From contig JBOZIK010000001.1 in the NCBI GenBank assembly GCA_051453625.1, positions 2,361,677 to 2,395,791 of the forward strand: a stretch of DNA of 34,115 bases, written 5' to 3'. Every line of letters begins with the position of its first letter. Within the stretch, counting starts at the first letter, position 1. Made by a program: the position numbers and the translations under genes. The notes under the pieces were generated by a model. The model worked only from the letters and a program-made list of their open reading frames with translations, did no database searches and had not been told where the DNA came from. Source of the stretch: Welwitschia mirabilis (Eukaryota). Shown one piece after another: positions 10,298 to 23,677 of this stretch.

Positions 10298-12895
10298 GGT
10301 ACCATATCGCTAATTGCGAGTAAAGAAAAGCATTGAACATTATTGATAATAAGTGTTTTTAAAATATGGGTTATAACAAATAAATGTTTTTAAAATCCAA
10401 ACCATTTGGGGATACGGGGAATACCATTATGGAGTTTTCTTCCTTATGTCACATAAGCATGTTGAATATGTAATACATGAGATATAAAATATGCAGAATT
10501 GAGAAATTTGAATTCCATGANNNNNNNNNNNNNNNNNNNNNNNNNNNNNNNNNNNNNNNNNNNNNNNNNNNNNNNNNNNNNNNNNNNNNNNNNNNNNNNN
10601 NNNNNNNNNNNNNNNNNNNNTGAGATATAAAATATGCAGAATTGAGAAATTTGAAGTCCATGAATTTAGAAATGATGTAGCTAAAGCGATGTTTTGACAT
10701 AGTACTTAATAGTATTTGATGAAGATTTCCTAGCAATGGCAATTGATGAAAATAATAGTTATGTTAATATTTTTTCCCCTAAAATTTCATGCATAGTATC
10801 CAATTTGTGATGCAGAGTAGGATTCATTGCCTCCTCAAAGAATTGATGATGCATAAAATTTGAATACAAAGATTGAATTAATTGAGCATCAAATTTGAGA
10901 GTTCATGAAAAGCAAAGAAAAAATTATGAAAATTTATTTTTTCTAAGAAAAAAGTAATGCTAGATGATTATAGACATGATGTAACATACACAAAGAATTA
11001 CATAATAATATTATATTGTTAAACTATAGATTATAAATTTTATTGTAAGAAATGTACAACATTGTAATTCTTTTTGTATACCTAATTTGCATGAAATTAT
11101 AATTTTTGAATAATAAAGATGTAAGAATAAAAAAATTTGAAAGAAAACTATGGAGTATCCTTTGTTAGTATATAATCTATATCAATATAAGTATTTATCT
11201 TATAATGTAGCATGTCATTATTGGTTACTTTTACAAGATGGCCCTTTACCCTAGTGGTAATAGTTTATCTTAAGTAGTAATTGTAAAACTTAAAAAATTC
11301 AAAGTTGACCCTTTTTTTGAATAATTGACAACCCCTCCCCAAACTATATTTTTTTTTTGGGAAAAAGTCAAGGAAAAACTAATGTAAGATTAGTAAGTGT
11401 CAAAAAAAAAAAAAAAGGAAGAAGAAGAGATTACGGGAAAAAGCAAAATTAAAGAGATTAAGAAATGTAGTTATCAAATGTATAGGCATTAGTAATAATT
11501 TCATTATGCATATTATTATTTTTTTATATAAGAAAATGTTATCACTTAATATAATATATTGATAAATTTATTAGTATACTAATACAAATTATTGACTAGT
11601 AACATTGTATTATATTAATTAAGAAGTAAGTCTAGACAAAAGAATTTTATTAAAAAAAGTAATATGATTTATTGATTAATAAAATATAAAATATTAAAAT
11701 TAATATATGTCTAATAATGTTAGTAATTAAAGTAATATATTTTATTATATATTAACATGGTTAGTAATAAAGTAAATAAACAAAATACAAGTGATAGCAT
11801 TTGAAAATGATAAAGACTAATATACAAGTTTCAATCCATGTAAAATATAATAAACCTTGATGAAATTTGTTATGCATGAATTTTAACAATTAAAAACATA
11901 ATTTATTATTATAAAAATCCTTAAACTAAGATGAAATAGCTTTTTACATTTTTATTAAAAAATTCCAATATTTTGCAAAATTTTAGTACCATGACATATT
12001 ACTTATTTTATTTTCATTTATATTTATTCTACTTATTTCTTTTATATCTATATATTTTATTTTTGAATCTTTTTATATTACTTATTGTTTAGCGCATTTA
12101 AATATAATTATTTTATTCAAACTTAAGAGAAATCTAAAGGATAAAAATGGGACGATGAAAGGAATGACATGAAAAAGTAGAAAAGTAAATTTTTGTACTT
12201 GGGTTTTTGGCCTATTAAGGAAAAATAATAATTATTAAAAGTATCATAAGGTTAAAAAATTGTTAAAAATATCACATGATTTCCATTATAATAATATGAT
12301 ATCACTATTTATAAGCTAGTCATCATAACATTATCATAATTTTTAATTTCTTAATCCTAAAATAACCTTTCATATATATAAAACTAAACTTGAAGATGAC
12401 TTTCAAACATAGAATCTTCTTATGTATTGTAATGGAATGGCAACTTAAATCCAAAATAAATTCCATTATAAAGAAAGTTATATTTTATAACTTGTGATTT
12501 TAAATAAGAAAACATGATGAAATTTAAAATTAAATTAAAAAACAAAATAAATATCTTCAAAGCAAAATATTTCAATTTTCACCATCGCTGTGAAGTTGTA
12601 GAAGCCTTCTTTTTAGAATTCCTCACTTGTCTTTGAAGGTACTTATTAGTGTTATAAGTCATATTATTCTTATACATCCCCAATATGAAAACCCTTATTT
12701 CTCCATCATACATCACTCCCCATCTTATGACCCATGCTACTAGATATATCAATGCCTTTTATGCCAGATTTAACAATGTTTTTATCAATAAATGAATCTT
12801 GTATGAGTTTACCACAACTAAATGATGAACACTCTTAAACTGATTACTAATCATCAACTACAAACACAAAGAGAGCAAAAAATATGAACAAAAAA

Positions 12896-13677
12896 NNNNN
12901 NNNNNNNNNNNNNNNNNNNNNNNNNNNNNNNNNNNNNNNNNNNNNNNNNNNNNNNNNNNNNNNNNNNNNNNNNNNNNNNNNNNNNNNNNNNNNNNNNNNN
13001 NNNNNNNNNNNNNNNNNNNNNNNNNNNNNNNNNNNNNNNNNNNNNNNNNNNNNNNNNNNNNNNNNNNNNNNNNNNNNNNNNNNNNNNNNNNNNNNNNNNN
13101 NNNNNNNNNNNNNNNNNNNNNNNNNNNNNNNNNNNNNNNNNNNNNNNNNNNNNNNNNNNNNNNNNNNNNNNNNNNNNNNNNNNNNNNNNNNNNNNNNNNN
13201 NNNNNNNNNNNNNNNNNNNNNNNNNNNNNNNNNNNNNNNNNNNNNNNNNNNNNNNNNNNNNNNNNNNNNNNNNNNNNNNNNNNNNNNNNNNNNNNNNNNN
13301 NNNNNNNNNNNNNNNNNNNNNNNNNNNNNNNNNNNNNNNNNNNNNNNNNNNNNNNNNNNNNNNNNNNNNNNNNNNNNNNNNNNNNNNNNNNNNNNNNNNN
13401 NNNNNNNNNNNNNNNNNNNNNNNNNNNNNNNNNNNNNNNNNNNNNNNNNNNNNNNNNNNNNNNNNNNNNNNNNNNNNNNNNNNNNNNNNNNNNNNNNNNN
13501 NNNNNNNNNNNNNNNNNNNNNNNNNNNNNNNNNNNNNNNNNNNNNNNNNNNNNNNNNNNNNNNNNNNNNNNNNNNNNNNNNNNNNNNNNNNNNNNNNNNN
13601 NNNNNNNNNNNNNNNNNNNNNNNNNNNNNNNNNNNNNNNNNNNNNNNNNNNNNNNNNNNNNNNNNNNNNNNNNNNNN
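12896..13677. other. Assembly gap (others at 2480-2520, 10228-10237, 10521-10620, 22598-22741, 31897-31996)
   Basis: Runs of N. Confidence 1.
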
Positions 13678-13899
13678 TGAAAACCTTTTTTGCCCTTCAT
13701 TTATATTATTACAAAGTCTTTTTCAAGTTTTCATAGCCTTGCAATCATAAACGCTAAATCCTTATGGTCATCTTTTCTTTGCTATCTTTATAGTTTATGT
13801 TAGCCTCCCTTTATATTGTGAATTTTTTAGTGAATAGAGATATAATGATGCTAATATTACATTGCTGAAAATATAATTAAAAAAATAGTTAAGAATTAT

Positions 13900-14410
13900 A
13901 AGAATACACCTTTTAGATCAATAGCTTCAAATTCAAAATATTCTTATTGAGAAATTGACTATAATTTAAAAGGAAATATATAAATTTAAAAAACTAGTAG
14001 ACTATCAATACTTCTCTTCCTGTAGTCTCTATTTTTTGTGCAAGATTAGCTATGATTTCAATTTCCCTTTATTTGAGCCTTTCATATCATTAAAGATGAT
14101 AGCCTTTCTAACCCTATGTTTTTGCTTTTGTAGAGTATCTTTAAGTTAAAAAATGATTAAGTGTGATAACAATTTAATTTTAGATTAATAGTTTCAAATC
14201 TGAAATGTTTCTATGAAGAAATTGATTACAATTTTAAAAGGAAACATATAAAATCAAGACCTCATAGACTTCAATGCTTCTTTTTTCTGTGATCTCTATC
14301 GTATTTGCAAGATTCACTGTGACTTTAATTCTCTCCTGTTTAGTCCTTTAATATCATTGATGATGACAACATTTCTAGGCCTCTGTTTCTACTTTTGTAG
14401 AGTATCTTTT
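13900..14410. repeat. Diverged tandem duplication, ~265-bp unit x2
   Basis: TTTTAGATyAATAGyTTCAAAT...AAAAGGAAAyATATAAA...TGCAAGATT...CTTTTGTAGAGTATCTTT occurs in 13900-14142 and again in 14165-14410. Confidence 0.85.
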
Positions 14411-15099
14411 TCGGCTTCTGCAACAATGATGAAATTTTGAATCCTTCTGTCTAGAGTTTCTTTGTAGCGTTTGTATTTTCCTAGCCCTCTTTTTATAGGA
14501 TGAATTTATCTCCATTTATTTGATTTTTTCCCTTTTTTTTAATTGTTGCTTTATAAAATAGTTTCTTGTTCTTTTAAATAAATAATAAACTTTTTTAACT
14601 ATTTCTTAAAAAAATGAATTTTTGATTTTTCAAGTAATTAATAAACTTTTTATTATCCCCATTTAGTAGATTGTCCTTTTTATTTTATAAACTATCTTAT
14701 ATTTTGTTTAATGTAAGAAATAAAATTTTTTCTACTAGGCCCATTTGCTTTTTCTATTTTGAAAAACTATTTTTTTATGTTGTTAGTTAAATAATAGACT
14801 TTATTAAAAATTATATTTTAACCATTTGGTAGTTTTTTTTAAAAACTTTCTTATGTTTTAAATTATTTAATAAATTTATTCATTAGTCTCAGTTAGTAGT
14901 TTATTCATTTTATAAATTTGTTTTTATTTTTTCAATTCAATGATAAATTTTTTAAAAAATAAATTTTATTTTTAAATCATATAATAAACTTTTTTAAAAA
15001 GAACTATTTTTTGTTTTATAGTTTTTTAATTTTATAAATGTGTATTTTATTTTTAATTAATAAATAATAATTTTTTACTTGAATTAATCAATAATATCA

Positions 15100-15665
15100 A
15101 TATTTTATTTTTTATTTATAATAAATATATTTTATTTATTTAAAATAAAAATTAAATAATATATAATAGTGTCTAGGACAAATCAGTCATTAGGTATTGG
15201 TTTCTTAGCCAAAAAACAAAAATTAAATTATATGTAATGGTTTTCAAAACAAATTACCCATTAGGCATTCACTTCTTAGGCAAAAATAATAACAACATTT
15301 TTATTTATAATAAAAATAATTTATTTATTTAAGATAAAAATTAAATAATATGTAATAGTATCTAAGATAAATCACCCATTGGGTATTAGCCTCTCAATCA
15401 GAAAATAAAAATTAAGTAATATGTAATGGCGTCCAGGACAAATTAGTCATTGGACATTTACTTCTCGGACAAAAATAATAATAATATTTTTATTTAAAAT
15501 AAAAAATTTATTTATTTAAAATAAAAATTAAATAATGTATAATAGTGTTTAAGACAAACCATCCATTGAGTATTGGCCCCTTGTCCAAATAAATAAATAA
15601 ATAATATGTAATGGTGTCCAAGACAAATTAGCCATTAGATACTAGTCTCTCGGTCAATAAATAAT
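15100..15665. repeat. Higher-order tandem repeat: ~188-bp unit x3, each containing two related ~50-bp cores
   Basis: Core like ATATGTAATGGTGTCCAGGACAAATTAGCCATTGGGCATT at ~15169, 15239, 15358, 15428, 15545 and 15613 (alternating ~70 and ~118 bp spacing). Confidence 0.9.
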
Positions 15666-15699
15666 GCAATTTGAATATATAGGAGAATAAGCATAAATT

Positions 15700-16450
15700 C
15701 AATAGATTATTGTGTTAAATAATTGAAAGATAGAATATGAAATACAAAGATGTCATTAAGGTATTTAATAAATTGATTATTTAGTGTATTGTCCCCATTA
15801 TGAAAGCAAAGAAAGCATTGATGGAACTTAAATTTTGATGATTTATTTCTCATCAAAACACATAATATTATGTTTATGTCTTTGTAAAAATGGTATTTTA
15901 AAGTGCATGCCTCTAGAATTATCAATAGTGGATTGTCATTAGAAAAGACAAGAAAGTCAACATGTTGTTAAAAATTTGTACATGATGTCAAAAAGAATAC
16001 TTTAAGAAGTAGTTAAAAAAATAAAAGCTATTATTAGATAGGGTTATGAAGAGTAAGAGTAATAATAATACCTTAGAAATAAGAATGTTTTAACTACTAA
16101 GTAAAATAAGTAAATAAAGCATAAGTAAATAAGACATAACTAGATTACAATAATACTATGCTAACATATAGAGAATATCACATTAGAGATATCCATGAAT
16201 AACTATGAAATAGAATTCCATGTTTGATGTTAGCTATAAAGTAAGAGATGGGTATCCATTTATGGGTTCTTTAACCTTTGATAAAAGAAGTGCCCTATGT
16301 ACGTATACACAAGATCATCCTTGAAATCTAAAATAAGTAATGAAGAAAGAAGTGGAAATAAAAAAATTTAGGATTTCCTAATAATAAGGGTAAATGATAA
16401 TTGATACCTTAATTATGAATTCCTTCTACTAGGTTGTCTAACTTTAAATA
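15700..16450 (-). mobile_element. Decayed Ty3/gypsy integrase remnant
   Basis: Minus frame DDLVYTYIGHFFYQRLK...QTWNSIS*LFMDIS (cf. DVxxYVxxCxxCQxxK...PWxSISMDFI); FHNGDNTLNNQFIKYLN at ~15755-15805 (cf. FHPQTDGQTExxNxxLExYLR). Confidence 0.4.
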
Positions 16451-16526
16451 GCTAATTCTTAAGGTTTAAAACTTGAGTTTTACCTATTACTCATAAAGTG
16501 TATTCTTATGATAGAAAATAAAATAT

Positions 16527-16815
16527 TTGAAAGAGCAAAGTATAGTAATGAATAAAAATCATGCATGATAATCAATACATTGAGATTCAAAGATATTTAT
16601 TTAAAATAGATTAATCATTTAATTATTTAAATATAAATTTATACAAAAAGTGTTTTCCACGTTTGCATAACTGCTTGAGAAATTTAACAAATTCAATTTT
16701 AAGTGAATTAGATATATCCATATGAACTTTTTGTTAAAAATAAGTAGACATATTAAACAAGGAATAATTTAGATTGTAATGTTTAACTTAATTTTCTTAA
16801 CATACACCCTTTTAA
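16527..16815 (-). repeat. LTR-like direct repeat, partner of 17846-18135
   Basis: AAGTGTTTTyCAyGTTTGCATAA...TTTAACAAATTCwATTTTA...TTAAAAATAA...CATATTAAA...ATTGTAATGT...ACCCTTT shared by both copies. Confidence 0.7.
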
Positions 16816-16829
16816 TGTCATACCTAAAA

Positions 16830-17740
16830 ATTAGATTGGTATCAAAACATGAATCAATGATGTGAGAACTAAATAATGAAAGAACCAAATGTGAAATTTC
16901 AAGGAATATTTTCTTTGAGTGATCTTCCCAAGTGAATGTATGCCTCTTATCCTATACAAGTAAAAATAAGGCATCTTTCAAGTAGTCTTCTCAAGTAATA
17001 TACATCCCTTTCTTGAGAATGATGAGGGACAAACCTCAATCAAGTGAAGTCATTACAAAATGAAACACTTCAAACTACACAAATTGGATACATTCAAAAG
17101 AGCACTAACTTCAATGTACATGTGGGTTTACCACCCCTATGAAACTAATCTAAACCTCGATTAATGGGACTAACTCAAAATTGAGACTAACATAATAAAA
17201 TAACAAGGTTTCTTCTTCCATTTCAAAACTTCTTTAATAATAATAATAATAATCTTTAAAAGAATATTGATGTTCATCCTCAAATAATAATCCTTAAAAA
17301 CCTTTTTCCCTTACTAATGTTTTTTAATTTTAAATTCTCATGCTTGTAAGTATCCTTAAAAGGATGTATATTTTTAAAAAGGTAGTGCAACCAAATAAAA
17401 CTAAAGATCATAAGGATTTTGAAAATCATAAATAAATCATATTTACCAGGATAACTCATTCATCTTAGAAAATCTCATTAATGACATTGACTTTTATGCC
17501 ACACTATAAACCCAATTGTATATATGCTCATTGTCCTTTACTCTAATGCTAAAGATGTATATTCAATTTTAGCAATTAAATTCTTTATCATTATGATCTT
17601 TTGTGCCATAAAGTCCTTGCTTTGTAAGGTTCCTATCATTTCTTAAAGGATAAGACCTAGAAAATAATGAGACTTAGATATTGTAGAATTAAAAGGGTCT
17701 AGGATGAAAGAGGCTCTCTCCACATATAATTTTGATACCA
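16830..17740 (-). mobile_element. PBS plus decayed copia-like gag/protease between two LTR-like repeats
   Basis: Reverse PBS TTTGATACCA at 17731-17740, 2 nt from TGT at 17743; weak 'MIGTLQSK' gag start and 'IIDSC' (cf. WIIDSGA) at ~16850. Confidence 0.5.
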
Positions 17741-17742
17741 CT

Positions 17743-18158
17743 TGTAAGAATGAAGTTCAATAATTTAAAAAAAAATCATGCTAATCAACCCTTAAAAGTT
17801 GAGGCTTAGATTTGTATAATTATAAGAATTTATCATGAAAGAGAATGTAAGAGTGGAGCTTAATAATAGGGAGGAAAACCATGCATGTGAATCAACCCAT
17901 AAACCTTGAAATGTATACCATCAAAAAGTGCCAATGGTTTTATTATGCAAACATAAATCTATATAATAAGTGTTTTTCATGTTTGCATAAATATTTGATA
18001 ACTTTAACAAATTCTATTTTAGGTGCATTGGGAATACTTATGTGCATTTTTATTAAAAATAACACAACATATTAAATAGGGAGTAATTGATATTGTAATG
18101 TATAATGTAATTTTTACAATAGTATTACCCTTTACCTATGAGACATGACCTTCTAACA
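17743..18158 (-). repeat. LTR (TGT...AACA), with its first ~100 bp loosely duplicated
   Basis: Begins TGTAAG next to the reverse PBS and ends TTCTAACA; 17743 and 17846 start similarly; homologous to 16527-16815. Confidence 0.6.
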
Positions 18159-21100
18159 TTGCTTTACATGAAAAAAGTCCTTCATGTCTCCCTTCAATAA
18201 CAGAAGGTTCATATAATTATAGTGTAAATACAAACATGGAAATTTTTTCGGGTGAATTAGAGACCCTAGAAAAAAACATGTCAATGCAATGCTAAAATCT
18301 AAATCCTACAACTATAATGATATTTTATGATACTATCTATATGACTTATAGATATTTTAGATAGTATCTCCTCACTAAAATCAAACATATGATTCTAATT
18401 AAAACATTAGAAAAACATTACTAGGAACCATAATGTGAATCACTTGGCCTCTAATTACTAGACATCCAGGATTGCAAATGATAATGATGGTAAAAGTAAC
18501 CTTAGTTTTTATATACTATTCAGTAATTCCCCATGCTAGTAAATCAATTTTCAAAATTTATATTTTCTTAAACTAGTATAATATTGTTATGGTAAAAATT
18601 CTATTTTCATAAGAAAGGAAGAGTAGAGACTTACTGAGATATCGTTGCTGCATAAGGAGTTTTTTAGAGCATGTATTACCATTTCAAGCACCAATATCTA
18701 ACTTGTTTAAGAAGGAATGTTAAACCAGAGGTCAACAAGCTATCTAGATAACTCATGCTTTACCTTATCTAGTGGCTTTATTATAATATTTACCACTTAT
18801 TCATTTAGAGGATAATATGCTATTTTAATGGTACCATCATGAATAAGTTCTTTATTATTATGATACTTTATACGAATGCATTTTTTACAATCATGAATTA
18901 CTTAATTCTTTATCATGTAAATTGCAAATTAATTATCCACATGCTGTTCTATTGGCTCTTCTTGAGTTAGGCTGAATGTTTAGGTTATATATCCAAACAA
19001 ATTTCTTGAAAATTTTTCATGCTAATATGTATCCTGCATTTAAGGAAGAATTAACTATATATTTTTGCCTCTTTAGCCTCCAAAAATTATTGAATTTTTA
19101 AGAAAGATTTGTAAATTTTACCAATTTACTAGTGTTAATGTATCTTAAAAAATTTTCATTTGAATATGCACATAGTGTAAAATTTTCAGTTTTTAACATA
19201 TAATATATCATACTATATTATCCTTTTCAGGTATCTCAACACTCTCATGGTTGTATTTTAATCCTATAAGAATATTACTAAAATAGTTTTATAAATATAT
19301 GTGTCTATATTAGAGCTGACTACTTAAATAAATACTTTAATGAATCTTTCATACAAAGTTTCATGACATTTAGAAGGCGAATCTTTAGTTGAAAGCTTAA
19401 TTCCTACCTCCATTAGTGTATAAATTATTCTTCAATTTTTCATTTAAAAATTTTAAAGAATGCTATAAATGTACTTCTCCTATTATAGAAATAGATTACC
19501 ATCTTCTTGATAAAGTTTAATGCCTAAGTAATACTTCATCAAATCAAGTTTTAAAATCTCAAATATTTTAGTCAAATATTTCTTTATATTTCTAATTATG
19601 TGATTCATATTGCTTGTCACTCAAATATCATCTATGAATATAAAAAGATGTGACATTATATTTAATGTTCTCAATAAACGAAGTGGTGTCAATGTTTTAG
19701 TATTTCATATTTTAAATCCAAGTTTTTTAAACTTCTTGATAACTTATTATACTAAGAACATGATGCTTATTTTAGAATATAGAGAGAATTTTCTAGTCTA
19801 TACAACTTGTGATTTTGTTCATTTACCTGAAAAAGGTTAGGCTAGGTCATGTAAATTTCATTTTTCAAATCATCATTTAAAAAATTATTTTTACATATAA
19901 TTTATACACTTTCAAATGTTGGTGAGTGGCTAATGTAAATTCTAATTATATGTTGTTTTGCTATTAGTGTAAAGACTTCCTTATAGTCTATGCCCTTTTT
20001 TTACTTAAGTCCTTTAGCAACAATTCATGCCTTATATTTATTAGGAGTAGAATTTAATTTAAATTTGTTTCTAAACATCCATTTGTTTAGAATAAGTTTC
20101 TTCACAAAAGAAATATCAATAACTTTTCATGTTTCCTTTTGTATAAGAGCTTTATACTTATTTTGTATTACACATCTCTATCTACCATCTTAAATAGATT
20201 TCACATAATAAGAGGTTCTTCATTAATACAAATATGCAATTACATAAGGTTTAGATCCATAAAATTTTATTACATCCTTGTCCTATATGCATTATAAGTG
20301 CTTAGTTTAACAAATTAATCAACTTTAAACTCTTTAAGGATCTATGAAACTCCTCGATTATCATGATGAGTAGTTTAAAAGGATTCATCAAGTTCATATG
20401 TGGAATCTCCAATGCTTGCTAGATCACTTGGTGATTAAAATATAAAGAAGGAAAAAACTATAAAAGTAAATCAAAGTTTTCTTCTATCATTATTTTAAGA
20501 AAAACACATTTGAGCGTTATCATACTTATCAGTGTAATATTTAAGAATTTGAAGTAAGTTTTCTTTTTGTCCTCTCATTCTAGAATCTTAATATCAAGAT
20601 ATTAATTTTTTTAATGTTTTAGATCTTAAATTATTCATCTAGTTATTCAAATACATTAGTTCATCATCTATTTTTACACACACCACATCTTGAGAGATAA
20701 ATTATGATTCTTTTAGAAGAGATAAAATATTTGTAATCTTTTTAATCTTGAAAGAATTCAACAAAAATGCCTTTAGTTACATAGGATTTAAGCTTTATAA
20801 GGTCCTTAGAAAGAATATAAAAAGAATAAATAGAGCTAAAAATTTTAAAATGGCTTATATCTAGAGGCAATTCATTCTAACATTGGAAAATTGATGGTAT
20901 AGGATTATTTAGAGGAGTTAGTTTGTTTAGGAATTTTATGATTGTATGCATATTTCTTTTCAAAGATGATGAACTCACATAATTCATCAATGTGTGATTC
21001 ATCTATTTAATAACATCATTTTATTAAGCGATATTAGGCATTATCAACTAGTGATGATGAACTTCATTTCCTTATAAAAATTCTTTAAATTTATAAAAAA

Positions 21101-21280
21101 TTTACTCAATATCATTATTACTTTAAAAAATAACAATTCTACATCTAGATTCTAATTCAAGTAGTTTCTTTCACTATTTTAACACTAAGATAATATATCA
21201 TTTTTATTTTAAAAATTCTACCTAAGTCATTTTAGTAAAATCATTAATGAATGTGATGTAGTATATACTACCGTTAGAAG

Positions 21281-21472
21281 TTATTATAACCATTGAATTA
21301 AAAATATTTATTTGAATAAGTTGTAATTTTCATGTGGACTTGAAAGTACTAAGCTTAAAGGTTTGCTAGTTAGCTTTTATTATAACCATTGAATTAAAAA
21401 TATTTATCTAAACAAGTTGTAATTTTCATGTGGACTTGAAAGTGCTAAGCTTAAAGGTTTGCTAGTTAGCTT
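21281..21472. repeat. 96-bp near-perfect tandem duplication inside the copia integrase
   Basis: TTATTATAACCATTGAATT...TTTGCTAGTTAGCTT at 21281-21376 and 21377-21472 with a few transitions. Confidence 0.95.
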
Positions 21473-21863
21473 GTCCATGATGCAAGCTTTATAGCTCAAA
21501 GGTTTAAACTAGAGTTTGGGGAAACCCTTTAAGTATGAAGTATAAATGCCTAATTTATCACCATGAATATGCCTAATATGATCATGTAAAATTGTTCTTT
21601 GATAGGATTAACTAAACCATTCAATGAAACTAATCATTAAGAGATACATTTACTTATTCATTCATCTCCATAACATTTATATTTATTTCCTATGTTATAA
21701 GTCTAATCGAATCATCATATAGCATACCTTGCATCATAAATAATGTATTTAAAGGATAAACTACTTATAGCATTTTATCAATAATCATTGTAAGAATGTT
21801 AAATCTCTAATTATTAACATAGAAAATGATAAATTTCATTTTAAGGTTGAAATGTAAAGAAAA

Positions 21864-21927
21864 TAAAAAAAGATAAAATATAAAAGATACGCTTATAAAA
21901 AAAGATAAAATATAAAAGATACGCTTA
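21864..21927. repeat. Perfect 32-bp tandem duplication
   Basis: TAAAAAAAGATAAAATATAAAAGATACGCTTA x2. Confidence 0.95.
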
Positions 21928-23598
21928 CTTTAATTTCATCCAAGCAATTTCTTTAATGGATTGTTTGGACTTAATTTCCATGATGAAAGCTCAAAAACTC
22001 TATATTTAAATATTTAAATAGAGAGTTTTTTGATGTCACATGTTTAGCTACACTTGTATTTATGATCCATGATGTAATTATTGAAGATATTAAATTGTTC
22101 ATCATTTCTTATATTTTGAGATCAATAGATTTGAGACTACTTTTAATGCATTTAGTATTTCTTTTATAAAAATATTTTCTAGCAACATATCTTAATGGTC
22201 ATTTTCTTTCTCTAAATATAATGCAAAACGATCCTGAAAATCAATTTCCTTTACTATGTTCTTAGTAATTTTAAGTTGAAGTTGTTTTATTATGTTAATT
22301 AATTATATAATTTATACATTATTTAAACTTTTTTATATTTTTAGAATTTTCTATATATTTGATTATAGTATGATTCTTTTTACCATATCTTTCACAAACT
22401 AAATTGGATTTTGTAATATGATTTATTAAGAGAATTTTACATTTTGAACTCTACCTTAATCTTAGATTATGTTGTTTCTACCTCTATCTCTTCTTAATGT
22501 GTTAGAGGAATGATTGAAGTAATCTTTATGATTATCAACATTAAAATATAAATCATTACTATCACTTGTGATGGTAGTGTTAAAGTTATTATTACATNNN
22601 NNNNNNNNNNNNNNNNNNNNNNNNNNNNNNNNNNNNNNNNNNNNNNNNNNNNNNNNNNNNNNNNNNNNNNNNNNNNNNNNNNNNNNNNNNNNNNNNNNNN
22701 NNNNNNNNNNNNNNNNNNNNNNNNNNNNNNNNNNNNNNNNNTTTTATAATTACAATTAATAATCTATTTGATTGGTCTTAATATGTTGATTATTTTATGA
22801 GCCTTACCATATTACATCTATAATTCATTTGTTTTTCTCACTAAATGGAGAAATTCTAGATTGGATTTAGAATCAAGATTTTTTCTTAGAACTTTCATAA
22901 CTAAACATGTTATATCATGTGGATTCTCATTAATCAAGCCATGTAAGTTGTATTCAATGTAGATTAAGATACATACATTGATTTTATAAACATCCTTATT
23001 CACTTTATAAGATTTATTATTTATTTAGCTTAGTAAAAGAGTTTTATAATGATTCCTCTAAGCATTCTCAAACTTAAATGCTATTTTGAAACCTATTAAT
23101 TAGACATCCAAATTTTTATTTCTATAAAGCATTCTTTTATCATTTTATTTCAAGTTACTAAACATATTACCTAGGAGGAGGACTTTAAAACTTAATTACC
23201 ATTAAGAGTACATTGATCCAAACCTATAAAATCTTATAGCATTAAAAAGAATCTCTATGACCAAGATATACACAAAGTACCACTAAAAGGTCATGGAATA
23301 TTTAAATATCTTATAAAGAAATGTATATATTTTAGCTTTTAAGGCTCTAAGAATTAGTTAAACTTTGTTGAGCATAAAATAAGTCTTTGTTAATATACAT
23401 AGCTAAAAATTCATTCTTATAATGGGTTGTAATAAAGAAATAAACTTTATATGTAAAAGGTGTCACCCTTGCATGTAAAAGGTATGGCCAATATACTAGA
23501 GATGTTTAAAAACTAGAAATGCTATGAAAATTAGTATAATTTAATTGAAACTAGTGTGGATAAAACTTACATGATGCAGATATGCATAAAAAGAAGGC

Positions 23599-23602
<4 letters not shown>

Positions 23603-23674
<72 letters not shown>
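23603..23674. repeat. Compound microsatellite (AT)15(AG)21
   Basis: Read directly from the sequence. Confidence 0.98.

Positions 23675-23677
<3 letters not shown>

Larger units (their letters stand above)
18730..23210 (-). mobile_element. Decayed Ty1/copia gag-pol (PR-IN-RT-RNaseH order)
   Basis: Minus-strand motifs in copia order: SWIINTSVAKHVT (protease, ~22035-22077); YYITFINDFTKMT* (~21220-21265); SNNDIE...**NDVIK*MNHTL (integrase, ~20990-21120); KYKA*IVAKG (RT, ~20010-20040); MRVLRYLKRI (~19220-19248); AYSNENF...WRLKRQ...SSLNAGYI and VDN*FAI (RNase H, ~18920-19170). Confidence 0.9.

Noticed and set aside
10478-10663. 43-bp direct repeat flanking a 100-N gap
   Set aside because: Most likely an unmerged contig overlap (assembly artefact).
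12858-13750. 280/288-aa ORFs (also 10449-10742, 22568-22759, 31804-32092)
   Set aside because: Open only because they run through N gaps.
16837-16847. Plus-strand PBS-like TGGTATCAAAA
   Set aside because: Not preceded by a CA LTR end, and it overlaps a minus-strand protease-like reading; likely chance.
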